From Gemmatales bacterium (GTDB lineage Bacteria > Planctomycetota > Planctomycetia > Gemmatales > HRBIN36), in the NCBI GenBank assembly GCA_041640595.1, contig JBEPZY010000004.1, positions 194,373 through 258,372 on the forward strand: a stretch of 64,000 nt of DNA. Reading direction: 5' to 3'. The notes beneath the pieces were generated by a model that did not search any database, had not been told where the DNA came from, and saw only the letters and a program-made list of their open reading frames with translations. Of the stretch, positions 59,684 to 64,000 are shown one piece after another (the stretch's first letter is position 1; every line of letters starts with the position of its first letter). Both the position numbers and the translations under genes were made by a program.

Positions 59684-60337
59684 TTACTGGCCGGCAGGCT
59701 GTCCGGCAGCGTGTTCGGCACCGATGACCAGTACCTTGACCTCGCTCTCAATGTCGTAGCCCAGGTGCAGCTTGACCGCGTACAACGCCAGTTGTTTGAT
59801 CGGGCCTTCCATGCGTACCTGTTCGGGCTCCACCGCAAAACCCTGGGCCTTGAGCGCCCGGGAAATTTCCTCCGGGCCGACCGAACCGTAGAGTTTGCCT
59901 TCCTCGTTGGCAGTGGCTTCGATGGTGATGGTCAGGTCGCGCAAACGTGCCGCCAGACTTTTCAGATCGGCAATCCGCGCCTGCCGCAATTCCTCGATGC
60001 GTTGTTTGTGGCGTTCGAGCCGCCGCAGGTTATCGGGGGTGACGTAAGTGGCCAGACCACGCGGAATCAGGTAATTGCGACCGTAGCCTGGGCGGACTTC
60101 AACAATATCACCAGCCCGACCAAGGTGCGGAACATCGTCCACCAGCAACAGCTGCATACCGCCGTGGGGGCCTTTGGGAACCTGCTGGCGTTTTTTCGTT
60201 GGTTTCGCAGGGCTGCTGGCGGCCGGAGAATTGGCTTCGCGAGCCGGTGCCGATTCTGCCACCGCCACCGTTTTCTCGGCGGCTGATTTCGGCGTTTGCC
60301 CAGCGGTATCGGCAGTTGGCTTGGTCTTCTTGGCCAT
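59684..60337 (-). CDS. rplI: 50S ribosomal protein L9 with a low-complexity N-terminal extension
   Basis: LGRAGDIVEVRPGYGRNYLIP and GKLYGSV. Confidence 0.95.
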   Translation of the reverse strand: MAKKTKPTADTAGQTPKSAAEKTVAVAESAPAREANSPAASSPAKPTKKRQQVPKGPHGGMQLLLVDDVPHLGRAGDIVEVRPGYGRNYLIPRGLATYVTPDNLRRLERHKQRIEELRQARIADLKSLAARLRDLTITIEATANEEGKLYGSVGPEEISRALKAQGFAVEPEQVRMEGPIKQLALYAVKLHLGYDIESEVKVLVIGAEHAAGQPAGQ

Positions 60338-60363
60338 TTTTGTACCTCACGCACGCATGGATT

Positions 60364-60864
60364 TCAGAAGGGAATATCCTGATCGCTTGGCCCTTCGTCG
60401 GGCAAATCGGCAAGCGCATCCTCTTCCGGCAGATAATCGTCGCTGATCCTGGGAGCCGGAGCTGGGCTGGGCGTAGCGGGTCGGGTCGGAGTACCGCCAG
60501 GCGCAGCAGCTTCCGGTCGGCTGTCGAGGAATTGGAAGCTATCCATCACCACGACCAATCGCGAACGTTTCTGCCCGTCGTTGCTCGTCCACTGGTCGAG
60601 TCGCAGATGCCCTTCGATGTAGAACTGCCGTCCTTTGCTGAAGAATTGTTCCACCTGATCGGCCAGCCGAGCGAATTCACCGCGATTGAACGCTTCGATT
60701 TCCAGATATACCGGTTCATCTTCCCACTGACCGGTCTGGGGATTTTTGCGGCGACGATTGACGGCAAAACCGAAGCGGGCCACCTTGCCACCGCTGGCAA
60801 AGGTACGCACTTCGGGATCGCGGGTGAGTCGGCCGATCAGCAGGACTTTGTTGAGGTTGGCCAT
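60364..60864 (-). CDS. ssb: Single-stranded DNA-binding protein
   Basis: LNKVLLIGRLTRDPE and C-terminal DIPF. Confidence 0.97.
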   Translation of the reverse strand: MANLNKVLLIGRLTRDPEVRTFASGGKVARFGFAVNRRRKNPQTGQWEDEPVYLEIEAFNRGEFARLADQVEQFFSKGRQFYIEGHLRLDQWTSNDGQKRSRLVVVMDSFQFLDSRPEAAAPGGTPTRPATPSPAPAPRISDDYLPEEDALADLPDEGPSDQDIPF

Positions 60865-60942
60865 AGCCGTACCTCCACGGCTGGCTGAGGGAAAACTTCA
60901 CGCCAGGTTCTGCTACTAGTGTACAGATGTTCGCTTTGGGTT

Positions 60943-61365
60943 TCAAGCACCTTCCACGGCCGGGCTGGGGGCTTCCGCTTCGCTCTGAATTTCTTCCGCC
61001 AGACCGGGAGCCTGAATAGCCAGGGCGTGTTCGTCCCGGCCCAGCGCCAGCAAGGCTTCTTCCATCTTCGGATGATGGCGAACGATCAAAAAGCGCAGGA
61101 TGTCTTCGTTGATACGAAAATCCTCACGAATCGGAGGCAGGGCTTTGCCTGGAGCGCGAAAGAAAATCAGATGATACACCCCCTTTTTGCGCTTTTTGAT
61201 CGGGTAAACCAGTCGGCGTTCGTCCCAGAGCCGGCTCGTTTCGATTTTGGCGCCGTGCCGTTCCAGCACCTGATGAATTTGCTGGATCAATTTTTCCCGC
61301 TCGCTGTGGTATTTACCGCTGTCGAAAAGTAATAAGCACTCATACAAATGGGTGATCGTGTGCAA
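60943..61365 (-). CDS. rpsF: 30S ribosomal protein S6
   Basis: YECLLL, WDERRLVYPIKK and INEDILRFL; located upstream of ssb. Confidence 0.9.
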   Translation of the reverse strand: MHTITHLYECLLLFDSGKYHSEREKLIQQIHQVLERHGAKIETSRLWDERRLVYPIKKRKKGVYHLIFFRAPGKALPPIREDFRINEDILRFLIVRHHPKMEEALLALGRDEHALAIQAPGLAEEIQSEAEAPSPAVEGA

Positions 61366-61589
61366 GTTTTCTCCTCCATCCTCGCCAGCGAAAATTTACC
61401 GGCGACTGGCTCATCCCAGCCGTTGGCACCAGCATCCGGAACGCATGATCATACACACCCGTTCGGTTCTTGCCCAGAGTAGCCACATTGTATGGCGCCG
61501 AACCGATCGGTGTCCGCGTGGGCTGGAGAAAATTCGGAAGCGGCTTTTGTTCGGGGCGTTCGACGGCCAAAGATTCCTGCACGCGGCGG

Positions 61590-62192
61590 TCAAGAAGCGT
61601 TCGAGTTTTGCGATCCCTGAGCCGATTCCCGCACATTATACCGATTCATCGCGGCCTCGATGCCCTGCTCGAGCCAGACAACCACGGCATCGGCGGCACG
61701 TTCCAGGGCCGGTTCAATAACCGCTCGCTCTTCCGGTCGAAAACGCCCCAGTACGAAATCCGCGGCGTCCCAGCCCGCTGGAGGCGAACCGATGCCGATC
61801 CGCAGACGGGGATATTGCGGTGTCCCCAGTCGCTGCTGAATATCGAGCAACCCTTTATGCCCACCGTGCGTCCCCTGCGGACGCAAACGCAGCTGACCGA
61901 GCGGCAGGTTGAGGTCATCGCAAATGACCAGCAAGTGGTGCAGCGGCAGCTGGTAATACTGCACCAGCTCGGCAACCGCCAGACCGCTCCGGTTCATGTA
62001 CGTCTGGGGCTTGACCAGGAGAATCGGCTCTTGAGCGTGTCGCAGTTCCAGCAGCAGCGAATGAAAATCGTACCGCCACGTTTGGCCCGGCGCCCAGCGA
62101 CGCCCCAATCGCTCCACCACTTCGAAACCGACATTGTGGCGGGTACGCTCAAAACGACTTTCCGGATTTCCCAGACCGATGATGATTTTCAT
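61590..62192 (-). CDS. pth: Peptidyl-tRNA hydrolase
   Basis: IIGLGNP, TRHNVGF, KPQTYMNRSG and GGHKGL. Confidence 0.97.
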   Translation of the reverse strand: MKIIIGLGNPESRFERTRHNVGFEVVERLGRRWAPGQTWRYDFHSLLLELRHAQEPILLVKPQTYMNRSGLAVAELVQYYQLPLHHLLVICDDLNLPLGQLRLRPQGTHGGHKGLLDIQQRLGTPQYPRLRIGIGSPPAGWDAADFVLGRFRPEERAVIEPALERAADAVVVWLEQGIEAAMNRYNVRESAQGSQNSNAS

Positions 62193-62317
62193 GCCGCCGA
62201 CCGTTTCTCATCGCTCACAGCGGCCTTATACCGGTAGCTCCGATCCCGCTGGTGCTTCTCACGACACACCGGGTGTGCACCCGCCAATCTTCATTGAATA
62301 GCTGAGCGTTCGCGTGG

Positions 62318-62959
62318 CTATTGGGCTTCGCCCTCTTCGGCTGCGGGTTTACGACCGATGACTTCCGGTTCAGTCGGGCCAGGCAATTCTTCTGTTGGCG
62401 CCGCTTCTGCCTTCGGCAAGGCGACATGGACGACGATCGCTTCCGGGTCACCGAGGGCAACGACGCCTTCCGGCAGGCTGAGGTCGCGGATATGAATCGC
62501 CTGCCCGATCTGCAAGTCGGCTACGTTGACGCGGATCGCTTCGGGCACGTTGACAGCGAGGCACTCGATCTCCAGCGTATGCAACGGCTGCTGCAATACG
62601 CCGCCCGCCTGGACACCAGCAGGCGTACCGCGCAGCTGAATGGGCACGGTAACGCGAATGCGCTCATCGGTGCGTATCCGCACCAGGTCCACGTGCAGAA
62701 CCTCCTTGCCGAAGGCGTCCCATTGTACTTCGCGGACAAAGCATTTCTCAGCGGGACGATTTTCCACCACCAAATCGAGCACCCGGGTACCGTGGCGTAT
62801 CACCGACCACACGTCCTCTTTTTTGAGCGTGATATGAACCGGTTCCTGCTTGTGCCCGTACACAACTGCCGGCAGTTCACCGAGCCGCCGTAATTTCCTC
62901 GCCGCGTGCGAGCCTAGAGCCTGGCGCAATTTCGCATGAATCGTCATGGTCTCCAGCAT
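62318..62959 (-). CDS. rplY: 50S ribosomal protein L25/Ctc
   Basis: PAVVYGH, LHVDL and GVQAGGVL. Confidence 0.95.
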   Translation of the reverse strand: MLETMTIHAKLRQALGSHAARKLRRLGELPAVVYGHKQEPVHITLKKEDVWSVIRHGTRVLDLVVENRPAEKCFVREVQWDAFGKEVLHVDLVRIRTDERIRVTVPIQLRGTPAGVQAGGVLQQPLHTLEIECLAVNVPEAIRVNVADLQIGQAIHIRDLSLPEGVVALGDPEAIVVHVALPKAEAAPTEELPGPTEPEVIGRKPAAEEGEAQ

Positions 62960-63164
62960 GTTTGGCTTTCCCTCCAGTTAGCGTGGTAAACGGATATTAT
63001 CGCCCATCTGCCCCTTCCGACAAGGGCCAGCCTTGGCAATCGCAGGAACAAAAGCGCCACTCGACTGCGCCGCAGTGCAGTTGGTTTCGGCGAGTTATGA
63101 ACAATATGCCGCGGCAAATATGCGTTTCTCACCGGTGAATACGCTGTTTTTTTCCACGTAAACG

Positions 63165-64000
63165 TCAACCCGCCGTGGTTCGCAATGGAACGCACTTGCA
63201 ATGCCGAGCGACCCATGTTCGGGGAATGGCGGCGGGCGAAACAAGAGCGGTGGGCGTCAGCCCGCCGTGGATTTGCAAACCGTGCTTGCAACTGCAATGC
63301 GCTGAATTTCCGGTTTCACGTTCGCATGCGGGGTGCACTCCACGGGGGGCTTACGCCCCCGCTCCTGATTGCACAAACGTTCGCCGTTGCAGGTAGATGT
63401 TTGCGACTCGAAAAAACGTGCCGCGATTACCCACGGGGGGCTTACGCCCCCCGCTCCTGTGTTGGTGTGCGGACGTCTCCCGGCGTAACAGCGACTTTTG
63501 CGATGCACAAACGCACGTCAGCAAGAGCGGCGGGCGTTAGCCCGCCGTGGGTCGCAATGGATCGCGCCTGCAATGCCGAACGAACCATGTTCGGGCAATA
63601 GCGGCGGGCAAAACAAGAGCGGCGGGCGTCAGCCCGCCGTGCCAACGAAACGCGCACGCGACGGGGAGCGTTTTTCACCGGCTGAGTACATTCGCGCGCC
63701 ACGGCTGGCTCACGCCAGCCGCTCTTGCTGCGCGACGCGCGTTCGGTGCGAAATGCGCGATTTGCTGTGCACAAACGCACGTCAGCAAGAGCGGCGGGCG
63801 TTAGCCCGCCGTGGGTCGCAATGGAACGCGCCTGCAATGCCGAACGAAGCATGTTCGGGGAATAGCGGCGGGCAAAACAAGAGCGACGGGCGTTAGCCTG
63901 CCGTGGATTTGCAAACCGTGCTTGCAACTGCAATGCGCTGAATTTCCGGTTTCACGTTCGCCTGCGGGGTGCACTCCACGGGGGGCTTACGCCGACCGCT
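63165..64000. repeat. Second cluster of the same REP-like palindromes with longer duplicated flanks
   Basis: About 10 copies in both orientations; 63506-63640 is duplicated near 63770-63905; runs off the window end. Confidence 0.85.

Noticed and set aside
59684..61365. Absence of rpsR between ssb and rplI
   Set aside because: Gene-order variant; rpsR can lie elsewhere and nothing in the sequence suggests a lesion.

Overview
Bacterial chromosomal window, very probably a planctomycete (it carries DUF1559 prepilin-type and DUF4058 genes; Gemmataceae-like is my inference). The housekeeping backbone includes a Clp-N/AAA+ ATPase, a sugar epimerase, pcrA/uvrD, acpS, a sulfatase, tRNA-Ala, xylB and the rplY-pth-rpsF-ssb-rplI-dnaB cluster. 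It is interrupted by lower-GC islands at about 5.2-32.4 kb, 39.1-41.9 kb and 44.2-44.7 kb. These islands look like the silent library of a polymorphic toxin system built on a Big_9/cadherin-like ('YDPDGD', 89-aa/267-nt) stalk. Start-less stalk fragments are joined to unrelated C-terminal enzyme domains (HExxH metallopeptidase, alpha/beta hydrolase, Cys-His-Asp transglutaminase-like, decayed HNH-like); papain-like and DUF3238-like tips occur without a stalk. Each is followed by a signal-peptide/lipoprotein candidate immunity gene. A ~5-kb tyrosine-integrase element has inserted at a tRNA-like site inside one immunity gene. A second, unexpected signal is about a dozen mini repeat-spacer-repeat structures with CRISPR geometry (~36-37-nt repeat, period 66-67 or 73-75 nt) but mutually unrelated repeat sequences. 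In several cases the repeat is the local coding sequence itself, which suggests promiscuous Cas1-Cas2-like integration with target duplication. No cas genes are in the window. Also present are a receptor-like Ser/Thr kinase with 7 near-identical WD40 repeats that vary at a few positions, and clusters of covarying REP-like hairpins. All family assignments are by motif recognition; no database searches were run.
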